NCBI GenBank assembly: GCA_050916045.1
Contig: CP051526.1
Location: 3,872,001-3,936,000 of the forward strand
Direction: 5' to 3'
Source of the DNA: Tepidisphaera sp.
Lineage (GTDB): Bacteria > Planctomycetota > Phycisphaerae > Phycisphaerales > UBA1924
DNA: 64,000 nucleotides
Under the pieces are notes generated by a model. It saw nothing but the letters and a program-made list of their open reading frames with translations. It was not told the DNA's origin and searched no databases. Position numbers and translations under genes: made by a program. Position 1 is the stretch's first letter, and each line of letters begins with the position of its first letter. Below, one piece after another: positions 1 through 8,752 of the stretch.

Positions 1-622
1 CTTCGCTCGACACGCCCACGAGCGTCCCGCGCCGGGGCGTCACGACGTACGAGACGGTCGCGGTGCCGGCGGGGAGGGTGTCATCCGTAAAGGTCGTCCG
101 GCGGCCCCCGCCGCCCACGCCCGGGGTGCCGCCGATGGTCAGGTACGGCCCGCCCGCCCCGAGCCTTCTTTGAACGGTGAAGAACCCACCCGTGCTCGCG
201 GCGGAGTTCTCGCTCTCAAAGCTCAGCGTGAGGGCCCCCGTCGGCTCGATCGTGACCGCGAAGCTCGTCGGCTGCGAGGGGGCGGTGGCCGGGGTCGGGG
301 GCGAGGGCGGCGGGATCTGGGCGAGCCCGTACACGTTGGGGTCGTTCTTGCTCTCGGCGTACGCCTTGATCACCGCGATGAGGTCGGAAGCCACCTCGCG
401 CATGGACCGCGTGTTGTTGTGGAACGTCGTGGTCGCCCCCTTGGACGCCTGCCGCGCGGTCTGGGCCGCCGAATAGCTCGCGCGGGCCGCCGTGGTCAGC
501 GTGGCCAGCCCGGCGACTTGGGCGCTGGTCAAACCAATGGCCGCCCCCTGCTGGGCCCAGATCGGATTGTGTGTTTCGCAGAACTGAATTTGTTCGAGTT
601 TGGAATCAGGAAGAATCGGCAT
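1..622 (-). CDS. Uncharacterised protein with a helical N-terminal region, Pro-rich linker and FN3/Ig-like beta-rich C-terminal region; runs off the left edge of the window
   Basis: Absent from the ORF track (no stop in window). Manual translation from ATG at 622 (GGAG just upstream): MPILPDSKLEQIQFCETHNPIWAQQGAAIGLTSAQVAGLATLTTAARASY...IKAYAESKNDPNVYGLAQIPPPSPPTP...FTVQRRL...FTDDTLPAGTATVSYVVTPRRG. Frame stays open to the edge; no signal peptide. Confidence 0.8.
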   Translation of the reverse strand, partial: MPILPDSKLEQIQFCETHNPIWAQQGAAIGLTSAQVAGLATLTTAARASYSAAQTARQASKGATTTFHNNTRSMREVASDLIAVIKAYAESKNDPNVYGLAQIPPPSPPTPATAPSQPTSFAVTIEPTGALTLSFESENSAASTGGFFTVQRRLGAGGPYLTIGGTPGVGGGGRRTTFTDDTLPAGTATVSYVVTPRRGTLVGVSSE

Positions 623-796
623 GTGGTATCTCCAGAGGGTTCGCTTGCAACATTGCACACGTTGCCTCAAGCGTCGTTTCTTTCATCCCGCGAACTTGCG
701 AATTTATCTGGCTCATGTTTGTGCCGCGCCAAGGCCCTTCCGCCCCCTCCCCAAATGAATAGTTCTCGGGCGTCCTCGGCGATGATCAACGCCCGC

Positions 797-956
797 GTCG
801 GCCATCGACGCTGGCAGGTTGAGGACCGACGACGGGCCGTCGAAAGGAGACCCCGGCACGTCGGGAACCGACGCCGGGCCGTCGAGAGCCGACCTTGGCA
901 GGTCGGGAACCGACCCCGGCACGTCGGGAGCAGACCCGGGCGTGTCGGCGGCCGAT
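797..956. repeat. Degenerate 21-bp tandem repeat, about 7.6 units, each with a GTCG-N5-CGAC dyad
   Basis: Units start at 797, 818, 839, 860, 881, 902, 923 and 944, e.g. gtcgggaaccgacgccgggcc, gtcgagagccgaccttggcag, gtcgggaaccgaccccggcac. Confidence 0.85.
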
Positions 957-1007
957 GCGGCCTCTCCCCTCCCCGAACAGAGCCTTTCACCCTGTTAGAA
1001 TCGCCCT

Positions 1008-1406
1008 GTGAGCACCCACCGCGAGATATCGCCCGAGAGCATCGCCCGGCGTCGGCCGCCGACGCTCCGACGGGTGTTGGTGACCTGGACCACGATCCAG
1101 ATCCTGTTGATTCTCGTGCTGGTGATTCTCCTGATTCCCCAGGTCGGAGCGCCTTCGGGCTTCGGCACCACCGCTGTTCTGCTGGGGGTTCTCGTAGCAT
1201 TGTCTTTGAACGCCTCTACTCGCGCGGCAAAGAACAAGCTCGCGGCCAAGGCCCCCGGCCTCTGCCCCGCGTGCGAGTACGCGCTCGAGGTCACCACCGC
1301 GACGCCCGCCGACGAGCCCGTCCGCTGCCCCGAGTGCGGCCACGCGGACACCGCGGGGGGCGTTCGCATGTTCTGGGAAGTCCACGTCGGCAAGCCCTCG
1401 CCCTGA
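1008..1406 (+). CDS. Small two-TM membrane protein with a C-terminal Zn-ribbon (CPAC...CPEC)
   Basis: Two hydrophobic segments followed by LCPACEYAL...VRCPECGH. Confidence 0.7.
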   Translation: MSTHREISPESIARRRPPTLRRVLVTWTTIQILLILVLVILLIPQVGAPSGFGTTAVLLGVLVALSLNASTRAAKNKLAAKAPGLCPACEYALEVTTATPADEPVRCPECGHADTAGGVRMFWEVHVGKPSP

Positions 1407-1459
1407 TCCGCGAGGGGTGGCGTCTTTCGCCGCGTCCTAGGACGGAAATCCAAAGACAA

Positions 1460-1542
1460 TTCACCACAGAGGCACAGAGACACCGAGAGGGCAAGAACAC
1501 CACCCCCCGCCTTTCTCCGTGACTCTGTGCCTCTGTGGTGAA
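1460..1542. repeat. REP/MITE-like palindromic element with perfect 20-bp terminal inverted repeats
   Basis: ttcaccacagaggcacagag (1460-1479) is the exact reverse complement of ctctgtgcctctgtggtgaa (1523-1542); the arms contain an internal CACAGAG sub-repeat. Confidence 0.8.
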
Positions 1543-1562
1543 CTTTCCTACCCTCCCCCACC

Positions 1563-2624
1563 ATGTCCACCAAACCGCGCATTCTGACCGGCGACACCCC
1601 CACCTCCACGGGCCTGCACCTGGGGCACTTCGTGGGGTCGCTCGAGAATCGGCTCAAGCTGCAGGATGAGTACGACTGCTACTTCCTCATCGCGAACGTC
1701 CACGCGTTCACCACCCTCAGCGAGAAGCCGGCGGACATCCGGGCCAACACCATCGGGATCGTCAAGGACTGGCTCGCGGTGGGCCTGGACCCCAAACGCA
1801 GCACCTTCGTCCTCCAGAGCGAGATCCCCGCGATCGCGGAACTCACCTTCCTCTTTGCGATGTTGATTTCGTTCAACAAGGTGATGCGGAACCCGACGCT
1901 CAAGACCGAGATCGAGACCAAGGGCCTGGGCGACACCTACCCCTTCGGCTTCCCGATGTACGCGGTGGGCCAGTGCGCGGACATCCTCGCCTTCCGGCCC
2001 GAGCTCGTGCCCGTGGGTGAGGACCAGGAAGCCCACATCGAGATGTGCCGCGACGTCGCGGTGAAGTTCAACCAGCTCTACTGCGGCGTCGGCAACCGCG
2101 TGGAACCCAAGGACCATGCGAAAGCGGGCGGAGTCTTCCCCATCCCCGCCGCCAAGCTCGGCCGCGTCGCCCGCCTGGTCGGGACCGACGGCGTCAACAA
2201 GATGAGCAAGTCCCTCGGCAACGCCATCTTCCTCTACGACACCGAGAAGCAGGTCCAGAAGAAGATCAACGGCATCGTCACCGGCCGAGCGACCCCGACC
2301 AGCCCCATCGATGAGAAGAACGCCCTGATCCAGCTCTGCGAAGCGTTTGTACCCGCCGAGCGCGTCGCGGAGATCAAAGCCGACTACGCCAGCGGGAAAG
2401 AAGTGATGGACGGGCACATCAAGGCGGAACTCGGGGCCGCGATCAACACGCTCATCGGGCCCATGCGCGAGCGGCGGGCCAAGTACGAGACGCCCGAGGG
2501 TGAAGAGATCGTCCTGGATGTCATCCGGGACGGCGTGAAGCGTGCGAACAAGGTCGCCGAAGAAACGCTCGCGGCCGCGAAGAAAGCCATGAAGCTCGAC
2601 TTCGTCACACGCACGATCGGCTAG
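1563..2624 (+). CDS. trpS: Tryptophanyl-tRNA synthetase
   Basis: TGDTPT, HLGH (HIGH motif), Q-ADIL, VPVGEDQ and KMSKS motifs. Confidence 0.96.
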   Translation: MSTKPRILTGDTPTSTGLHLGHFVGSLENRLKLQDEYDCYFLIANVHAFTTLSEKPADIRANTIGIVKDWLAVGLDPKRSTFVLQSEIPAIAELTFLFAMLISFNKVMRNPTLKTEIETKGLGDTYPFGFPMYAVGQCADILAFRPELVPVGEDQEAHIEMCRDVAVKFNQLYCGVGNRVEPKDHAKAGGVFPIPAAKLGRVARLVGTDGVNKMSKSLGNAIFLYDTEKQVQKKINGIVTGRATPTSPIDEKNALIQLCEAFVPAERVAEIKADYASGKEVMDGHIKAELGAAINTLIGPMRERRAKYETPEGEEIVLDVIRDGVKRANKVAEETLAAAKKAMKLDFVTRTIG

Positions 2625-2644
2625 TCCCGAGACCCTCGCTCGCA

Positions 2645-3127
2645 TCAGAGCGGGCTTGGCCCGAGGATCTCGATCCCGTGGGCGGCGGCGTGGGCCATGA
2701 TCCGCGCGATCATCTCCTGATCCGCCGGAGCCGCTCCACTCGCCGTCGGGGCGCCGATCTTGGCGTAGAACGCTTCGAAGTTCGCCGGGGGGCTCACGAA
2801 GAGAAGCATCCGGGCCCGGGCGGCGGTGCGGTTCTTGAACGTGTGCACCGAGCCGCGCGGCGCGAAGACGAACGTCCCCGGCCCCGCCTCGGCCGTCTTG
2901 CCATCGCAGTGGAACGAGACCACACCCTCCAGAATCCAGAACGCCTCATCCTCGTGCGTGTGCCGGTGCAGGGGCGGGCCGGCCCCGGGCTCGACGGTGT
3001 ATTCCGCGAGGGAGTAGGCGTTGCCGGAGTGGGCGGAAGTCAGCTTTTGGACCAGAACATCGCCGCCGGGGGCGAACAGGACCGTCCCGGAACCCGGAGC
3101 GATGACGAGTGGTGTGAGATTGGGCAT
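2645..3127 (-). CDS. Cupin domain protein (quercetin dioxygenase-like)
   Basis: GPPLHRHTHEDEAFWILEG and PRGSVHTFKN cupin motifs; start moved to MPNLTP. Confidence 0.85.
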   Translation of the reverse strand: MPNLTPLVIAPGSGTVLFAPGGDVLVQKLTSAHSGNAYSLAEYTVEPGAGPPLHRHTHEDEAFWILEGVVSFHCDGKTAEAGPGTFVFAPRGSVHTFKNRTAARARMLLFVSPPANFEAFYAKIGAPTASGAAPADQEMIARIMAHAAAHGIEILGPSPL

Positions 3128-3248
3128 GTCCGATTGTTGGATCCTTGCTCCGGGCTGAAATTCGACCGCCGCATCCGCCGAAGAAGGGCCTGGGTATACC
3201 ATCCGGCGGGCCCCGTTGTTCGGGGCCTGTCAGAGATAGAAAGGGATC

Positions 3249-5027
3249 ATGATGCTTCTGAACGCAATCGTCCGTCGCACCGCCCCCGTGTCGATGGGCT
3301 TGGCCCTCACGCTCCTGGCGGGCACCGCGCTCGCCGACCTTCCCCCGGCGCTGGACCGCACGCCGTCGGGAGCGGCGGTGACGATCGCCGTCCGCGACAT
3401 CAGCAAGACGCGCTCGAACTTCGAGCGGATCCTCCGGCAGTTCAACGATGAAGCCGCCGAGGGGATGGCCGAGCTCGACATGATCACCGAGGCCGAGGGC
3501 TTCAACAAGACCGGATCGATGTCGTTCGTGATGCTCGGGGACCCCGCCAGCGAGACCTTCGCCGCCGAGGGCCTGGTGCTCATCCTGCCGATCTCGGACT
3601 GGGGCAAGTTCGCCGCGGGGATGGGCGGCGAAGCGGGCAAGAAGACCACCGAGCTTCCCAACCTCAACCCCGGCGTGGTCGGCATGGACCTGGGCGGCGG
3701 GTACGCCGCTCTGGGCATGGGCGATGCGCTGACCGCGTTCAAGGATGTCTCCGGGCAGATCAAGGAGCACAAAGCCCAGCTTGGCGCGACGGGCGCCGCC
3801 GTGGCCGAGTCCGCCGACGTCGTCGCGTTCATCAACGTCCAGAAGTTCTCGATGCAGATCGACGCGATGGTCGAGCAGGCCAAGAGCGAGATGCAGATGT
3901 ACGCCGGGATGGCCGCGGGCGGCAACCCCGAAGCGGAGAAGGGCATCCAGGACCTGATGCAGGGCTTCAGCGAGTTCGCCCGCGACGCCCAGTCCTTCGC
4001 GATCGCCCTCTCGGCCAAGGACGGCAACACCGCGATGGACATGGCGGTGCACTTCAAGGAAGGCTCGCTCTCCCAGAAGCGGTTCACGCACACGGGCGGC
4101 CTCTCAGGGGCTTCGAGCATCGTCGGCTCCATGCCCAAGATGCCGTTCCTCACGGCCTTCGCGATGGACATGTCCCACCCCTTCATCAAGAGCACCGTCG
4201 CCCGGATGAATGAGCTCTCCAAAGCCGGGGGCAATGCCGCCGGCGTCGGCGGGATGTGGACCGGCTCGATGGAGAAGGTCGACGCCGTCGGGTTCATGCT
4301 CGGGTCCAACCCCGCGCTCCTCTCGACCGGCCTCTTCGCCAAAGCCCTGACGTTCCAGCAGACCAAGGACCCCGCCGGCCTCCTCAACGACCAGCGCGCC
4401 GCCATCGGCAAGATGTCGATGAACCAGGACGGCATCAAGGTCGACGCCAAGCTCACCCCCGACGCGGTCGAGATCGCCGGCCAGAAGGTCGACAAGCTCA
4501 AGACCACGATCGAGATCGACCCCGACTCCCCCGCCGCTCAGGCGCAGCAGTTCCTCACCCTCTTCACCGGCACCTCCGGCGAGATGGGCGGGATGATGAC
4601 CGCGACCAAGACCGGCGTGCTCGCGACCATGAGCGCCAACACCGAGCTGATGACCAAAGCCATCCAAGCCCAGAAGGGCGAGGGCTCGCTCGCGACCGAC
4701 GCTGAGTTCAAAGCCGTCGCGGCTTCGCTCCCCGACAACCGCGCGTTCGAGGGGTACCTGGGCGTCAAGGGCCTGTCGGACACCATCGCCGGAGTTCTCC
4801 AGCTCTTCGGCCAGCCGATGCCCGTTGAGATCAAGGATGAGCTGCCCCCCATCGGCCTGGGCGTGACGGCCGGCACCGGCGGCCTCCGCGCTCGCCTGGT
4901 CGTCCCCGACAAGGTCGTCGCGACCTTCGCCGATGTCGCCAAGAAGATGCAGGAGATGCAGGAAGGCGAAGCCCCCGCCGAGCAGCCGGCGGATCAGCCC
5001 GGCGAACGCCGCAAGCCGCGCCTCTGA
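3249..5027 (+). CDS. Exported hypothetical protein (planctomycete-type)
   Basis: Signal peptide ending ALA-D, strong GC3 codon bias, terminator downstream. Confidence 0.75.
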   Translation: MMLLNAIVRRTAPVSMGLALTLLAGTALADLPPALDRTPSGAAVTIAVRDISKTRSNFERILRQFNDEAAEGMAELDMITEAEGFNKTGSMSFVMLGDPASETFAAEGLVLILPISDWGKFAAGMGGEAGKKTTELPNLNPGVVGMDLGGGYAALGMGDALTAFKDVSGQIKEHKAQLGATGAAVAESADVVAFINVQKFSMQIDAMVEQAKSEMQMYAGMAAGGNPEAEKGIQDLMQGFSEFARDAQSFAIALSAKDGNTAMDMAVHFKEGSLSQKRFTHTGGLSGASSIVGSMPKMPFLTAFAMDMSHPFIKSTVARMNELSKAGGNAAGVGGMWTGSMEKVDAVGFMLGSNPALLSTGLFAKALTFQQTKDPAGLLNDQRAAIGKMSMNQDGIKVDAKLTPDAVEIAGQKVDKLKTTIEIDPDSPAAQAQQFLTLFTGTSGEMGGMMTATKTGVLATMSANTELMTKAIQAQKGEGSLATDAEFKAVAASLPDNRAFEGYLGVKGLSDTIAGVLQLFGQPMPVEIKDELPPIGLGVTAGTGGLRARLVVPDKVVATFADVAKKMQEMQEGEAPAEQPADQPGERRKPRL

Positions 5028-5051
5028 TCGTCAATCTCTCGTGAAATCACA

Positions 5052-5089
5052 AAGCCCCGCGTCGCAGGACGCGGGGCTTCTTTGTTTTT
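5052..5089 (+). terminator. Intrinsic terminator
   Basis: aagccccgcgtc-gcag-gacgcggggctt followed by ctttgttttt. Confidence 0.8.
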
Positions 5090-5107
5090 GTTTCGGGGCA
5101 ACCGGGT

Positions 5108-6217
5108 TCAGGGCCGGCGGACCGGGAGGTCCACGTCCATGTTCTCAAAGACGCGCTGGGCGACCTCGTCGATCTCGGCGAGCACCTTCTTGCGCTCGTC
5201 GTCGCTGAGCTTGTCCATCACCAGCCTGCGCTGAAGCTCACCGAACCGGCGCAGGTCCTCGGCCCGGCGGAGTTCGCGCTGGGCGACGGCTTCCCGGCCG
5301 CTTCCGAACCGCGACAGCGTCGGACGGCCGACCTCGCCGCCGGACTCGCGCGGCGAACCGCCGGCGGTAAGCGTCAGGTCGCCCCATGGCATCGTCGTAG
5401 GGTCCGGGCTCGTGCCGGGCGCCGGCTGCTTGAGGCGTTCCCACGCCGCCGCGTCAAGGCCGATGTCGATTGTGGAAGATGCAGTCTCGCGCTTCTCCCG
5501 AGCTTCACGCAGATCCGACACGCGAAGGTCCCACGCGCGGCGGCAATCCTCGATCGTCACGCTGTCCCGCCAGCCCATCTGCGGGAGCGAGTCAAAGCTG
5601 CCAAGCTTGAGCCTGAGCGTCAGCGGCCGTCCCTGCCGAACGACGCGCATCGTCACTTCCGTGCCCGGCGGATGCATCACGATCGCGTGGCGAAGGTCGC
5701 GGCGGTTGGAGACCGAGTGGCCCGCGATCGAGAGGATCTCATCGCCGACCTGAAGCACGCGTTGGGCTTCGAAACCCTCGTGAAGCTCGCGCACCTGCAT
5801 CGTCTCGCCGAAGTAAGTGATGCCCATCGCGGCCCGCGGCGTCTGGTAGAGCACAGTCGGACCAAGCTGCTCGAGGCGAAGGCGCTGCTCCGGCGTGGCC
5901 GAAGGCTTCTGAATCGCTTCCTCGAGTTGCTCCTGCGACATTCCGACGTTCGCGAGCGCCTGCTCGGCGGCTTGGCGGACGAAGAGCGAGGGATCGTTGA
6001 GCTTGGCGATGAGGGAGGGAATGTCCTGCTTGGTGGGCTTGCTCTCGCGAACGGCGGGGAGCGCGCTCTCGTCAGGCTGAGCGCCCGGCTGCGCGGGCAC
6101 ATCGGGGGCGATCTGCGGAGCCGAAGCGGGCGGCGGAGGCGCGATCAACTGCGCCGAGACATTCGCGGCCAAACCGGCTGCTGCCCAGACCAACGCGAGC
6201 TGCGTTTCCGCTTTCAT
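5108..6217 (-). CDS. Exported PDZ-domain protein with an N-terminal HEAT-like helical segment
   Basis: Signal peptide from MKAETQ; LIAKLNDPSLFVRQAAEQAL; PDZ signature AAMGI...LQVGDEILSIAG...VTMRVVRQG. Confidence 0.75.
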   Translation of the reverse strand: MKAETQLALVWAAAGLAANVSAQLIAPPPPASAPQIAPDVPAQPGAQPDESALPAVRESKPTKQDIPSLIAKLNDPSLFVRQAAEQALANVGMSQEQLEEAIQKPSATPEQRLRLEQLGPTVLYQTPRAAMGITYFGETMQVRELHEGFEAQRVLQVGDEILSIAGHSVSNRRDLRHAIVMHPPGTEVTMRVVRQGRPLTLRLKLGSFDSLPQMGWRDSVTIEDCRRAWDLRVSDLREAREKRETASSTIDIGLDAAAWERLKQPAPGTSPDPTTMPWGDLTLTAGGSPRESGGEVGRPTLSRFGSGREAVAQRELRRAEDLRRFGELQRRLVMDKLSDDERKKVLAEIDEVAQRVFENMDVDLPVRRP

Positions 6218-6316
6218 CGTCGATCTCCGTGACGCTGCCGCGAAGAGCAGTCCCCGCTCTTTCGCCGTAGGCAATGGTATCACCAGTCCTTGCGTCCGGG
6301 ATTCCCCTGTTCAAGG

Positions 6317-7216
6317 TTATTCGACGTTGGCGGATTGTTCTTTAATCCGGTCGATCGCACCCTTGATCTCGACCGTCCACCGGGAGGTCGCCGCGTCGGG
6401 GGACTTGCTCGCGATCGTATTGGCTTCCCGGAGCATCTCCTGAGCCACGAAATCGAGGGTCCGGCCGACGGGCTTGTACTCGGGCTGGGAAACCAGGTCG
6501 CCGAACTGCTCGAGGTGGCCGGTCAGGCGCTGGGTTTCCTCGGCGATGTCGATGCGTTCGGCGTAGATAGCGATCTCGCGGATCAGGTCCCCCACTTCAA
6601 CCTTGACGTCCGCTTCGCGGAGCATCTGCTCGATCCGGCCCTTGAGCCGCTTTTCGTACTCAAGCACGACCTCGGGAGAACGGCCCTGGATCTGGCTCAG
6701 GCGGTCGCCAATGAGCTTGAGGTGGGCCTGAAGCTCCTTGGACAGAGCCGACCCCTCGCGGTCGCGCATGGCGAGAAGGCCGTCAAGAGCTTTGTCCAGC
6801 AAGCCCAGAAACACGCTCCGGGCTTTGTGAAGGCGGTCTTCCTCGTGGGTCGGAGCTTGGAGCACGCCTGGCAGAGCAAGCAGCCCCGCCGCGTCCACGG
6901 TCATCGCCGGCGCATCCTTCCCAAGGGCGGCTTTGGCTTCCTGAAGCTGGGCGAGGTACGCCTGAAGAACCACCCGATTGACCGAATGGGCGGCGGCGTC
7001 GGATTCGTTGGTGCAGGTCGCGGTCAGCGTGACCGTCCCCCGGTTGACGCGCTCCCGCAAGCGTGACTCAAGCTCGGCTTCCAGCGATTGGAGCTCATCC
7101 GGCAGGCGGATGACACCTTTGAAGTACTTGTTGTTGAGGGAACGCACCTCAAGGAAGTAGTGGACCCCGTCCACGTGGATCGAGGCTTCGCCATAACCGG
7201 TCATGCTGCGGATCAA
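6317..7216 (-). CDS. yicC: YicC/YloC family endoribonuclease
   Basis: MIRSMTGYG N-terminus, EVRSLNNKY, GRTLDFVAQEMLREANTIASK and C-terminal IKEQSANVE. Confidence 0.92.
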   Translation of the reverse strand: MIRSMTGYGEASIHVDGVHYFLEVRSLNNKYFKGVIRLPDELQSLEAELESRLRERVNRGTVTLTATCTNESDAAAHSVNRVVLQAYLAQLQEAKAALGKDAPAMTVDAAGLLALPGVLQAPTHEEDRLHKARSVFLGLLDKALDGLLAMRDREGSALSKELQAHLKLIGDRLSQIQGRSPEVVLEYEKRLKGRIEQMLREADVKVEVGDLIREIAIYAERIDIAEETQRLTGHLEQFGDLVSQPEYKPVGRTLDFVAQEMLREANTIASKSPDAATSRWTVEIKGAIDRIKEQSANVE

Positions 7217-7304
7217 ACGGAACTCCTGGATAGAGACGCCGGCCGACCGAGAGCGGAGGCGGGCGGACGCGGCCGAGACGCGGTCAGTGTACCGAAAGGC
7301 CGAT

Positions 7305-7835
7305 TTAGCGGGGCGCTTCGCCGGGAGCCGGGGCCGGAGCCGGGGTCGGGTTCGCCGGAGCCGGGTTCCCAGGGGTCGCGGGCGCGGCGTCTGCCGGAGC
7401 CGGATTCGGCTGGACCGGCTTCTCCACAGGGCTCTCAGGCGTCGCGGCAGGATTGGCCGGCGGGTTCACGCCGGGAGCCGGCGGGTTCACAGCCGGCGTG
7501 GCAGCCGGATCCGCCGGGGTCTCGGGCACCGTCTCGGCCGGAGGCGTCGTCACGGTGACCGGAGGCGCTTCCGAAGGCCGCGACATGATGTTCAGCGCCA
7601 CCGCGAGGGCCAGCCAGACCACGAAGACGAGAATCGTCGCCACCGTCAGCGCATCGCCCGTCTTGGTGCCGAAAGCCGTCTGGCCCGAGCCCGAACTTGC
7701 ACCAAACGCAGCCGAAAGCCCGCCGCCCTGCGGCTTCTGGATCATCACCGTCAGCACCAGAACGAAGCAAACGAGCAGGAAAAGCAGAACCGCAATATTG
7801 AACCAGACACCCGTCAGCATCGCGAGCAGCAGCAT
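7305..7835 (-). CDS. secG: Preprotein translocase subunit SecG with a long Pro/Ala-rich C-terminal tail
   Basis: TM-IQKPQGGGLSAAFG...TAFG-TM architecture. Confidence 0.85.
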   Translation of the reverse strand: MLLLAMLTGVWFNIAVLLFLLVCFVLVLTVMIQKPQGGGLSAAFGASSGSGQTAFGTKTGDALTVATILVFVVWLALAVALNIMSRPSEAPPVTVTTPPAETVPETPADPAATPAVNPPAPGVNPPANPAATPESPVEKPVQPNPAPADAAPATPGNPAPANPTPAPAPAPGEAPR

Positions 7836-7993
7836 GAGACATCTCCGCCCACCCCCGCCGGACAGAGTCCCGGTGCGGGGGATGGAACCGTGATGGTAGG
7901 TGGGGAGGACGAGGTGATCCTCATCGCCTCAGGGCTTGCTTCGGCCCCCCGAACCCCTCCAGAACGACGACGACCGCCCTGTATACTGCCGCG

Positions 7994-8635
7994 GTGAAAC
8001 GTGCTCGACTTGCATCGCTTCGTCCGGCACGGAGCATCCTTGCCTTCTCGGCGATCGGTCTGAGCTTGACCCTGGCCGCCACCCGCGTTGATGATGCCCG
8101 TCTTCTCGCCGGCTGGAACGGTGTCGGGCCTGCCGAGATCGCCGCGGACCCTTCGACCATCCTGACCCGTCGCGTCGGTGTCTCCTCGGTCCAGCTTTCG
8201 ATCTCTCGGTCCGGCTTTGAACAAGAGATCACCGAGCGAGAAGCGTTCGCCCAGGCGCGGAAAGCCGCCGCGTGGTCGACGGATCCGCTTGCGGGCATGG
8301 GCGCGGTCCTTTGGAACAGGCCCGTGACCCACCAGACCTTCTTCCGGCAGGGCTGGCCCCTGCATGCGTTTTCGGCATCAACAACCGGCACCGATCCGAT
8401 CCGGGGCGGCGTGCTGATCGGGGACCCGCTCAACCCCGGTGTGCTGGCGCTCACTCCGATGTGGACGGGGCTCGTCGGCAACACGCTCCTCTTCGGATCG
8501 GCCTCATGGGTCGCCGCACGCGTGCCGGCCGCGTTGCGGCGATACCTGCGACGTCGCTCCGGCCGCTGCGAGAACTGCGGGTACGCACGCGACGGGCTTT
8601 CGGCCGGTTCGCCTTGTCCGGAGTGCGGACGCTGA
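7994..8635 (+). CDS. Membrane protein with a C-terminal Zn-ribbon (CENCGY...CPECG)
   Basis: GWPLHAF motif, TM PMWTGLVGNTLLF, basic RRYLRRRSGR, then two CxxC pairs. Confidence 0.75.
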   Translation: MKRARLASLRPARSILAFSAIGLSLTLAATRVDDARLLAGWNGVGPAEIAADPSTILTRRVGVSSVQLSISRSGFEQEITEREAFAQARKAAAWSTDPLAGMGAVLWNRPVTHQTFFRQGWPLHAFSASTTGTDPIRGGVLIGDPLNPGVLALTPMWTGLVGNTLLFGSASWVAARVPAALRRYLRRRSGRCENCGYARDGLSAGSPCPECGR

Positions 8636-8685
8636 AGCCGTGGGTGCCACGCGGCCTCCGAATTGTCCGATCGTCCGCGCCTCCC

Positions 8686-8721
8686 AAAAACAAAGCCCGG
8701 TGCGCGATCGCGCACCGGGCT
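8686..8721 (-). terminator. Intrinsic terminator (perfect 28-bp palindrome) for the PhoX-like gene
   Basis: agcccggtgcgcga/tcgcgcaccgggct at 8694-8721, preceded by an A-rich run (U-tail on the minus strand). Confidence 0.7.
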
Positions 8722-8752
8722 CCATACTGCTTTTGCGATCTTGGCCCGCTCT

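Noticed and set aside
797..956. CRISPR array
   Set aside because: Units are contiguous 21-mers with no unique spacers, and no cas genes are in the window.
170..1522. 450-aa + strand ORF
   Set aside because: Arg/Gly-rich shadow frame crossing the minus-strand gene, the repeat array and the 1008-1406 gene.
1410..1562. T-box or Trp attenuator upstream of trpS
   Set aside because: No T-box consensus or Trp-codon leader peptide seen; the region is occupied by the palindromic element.
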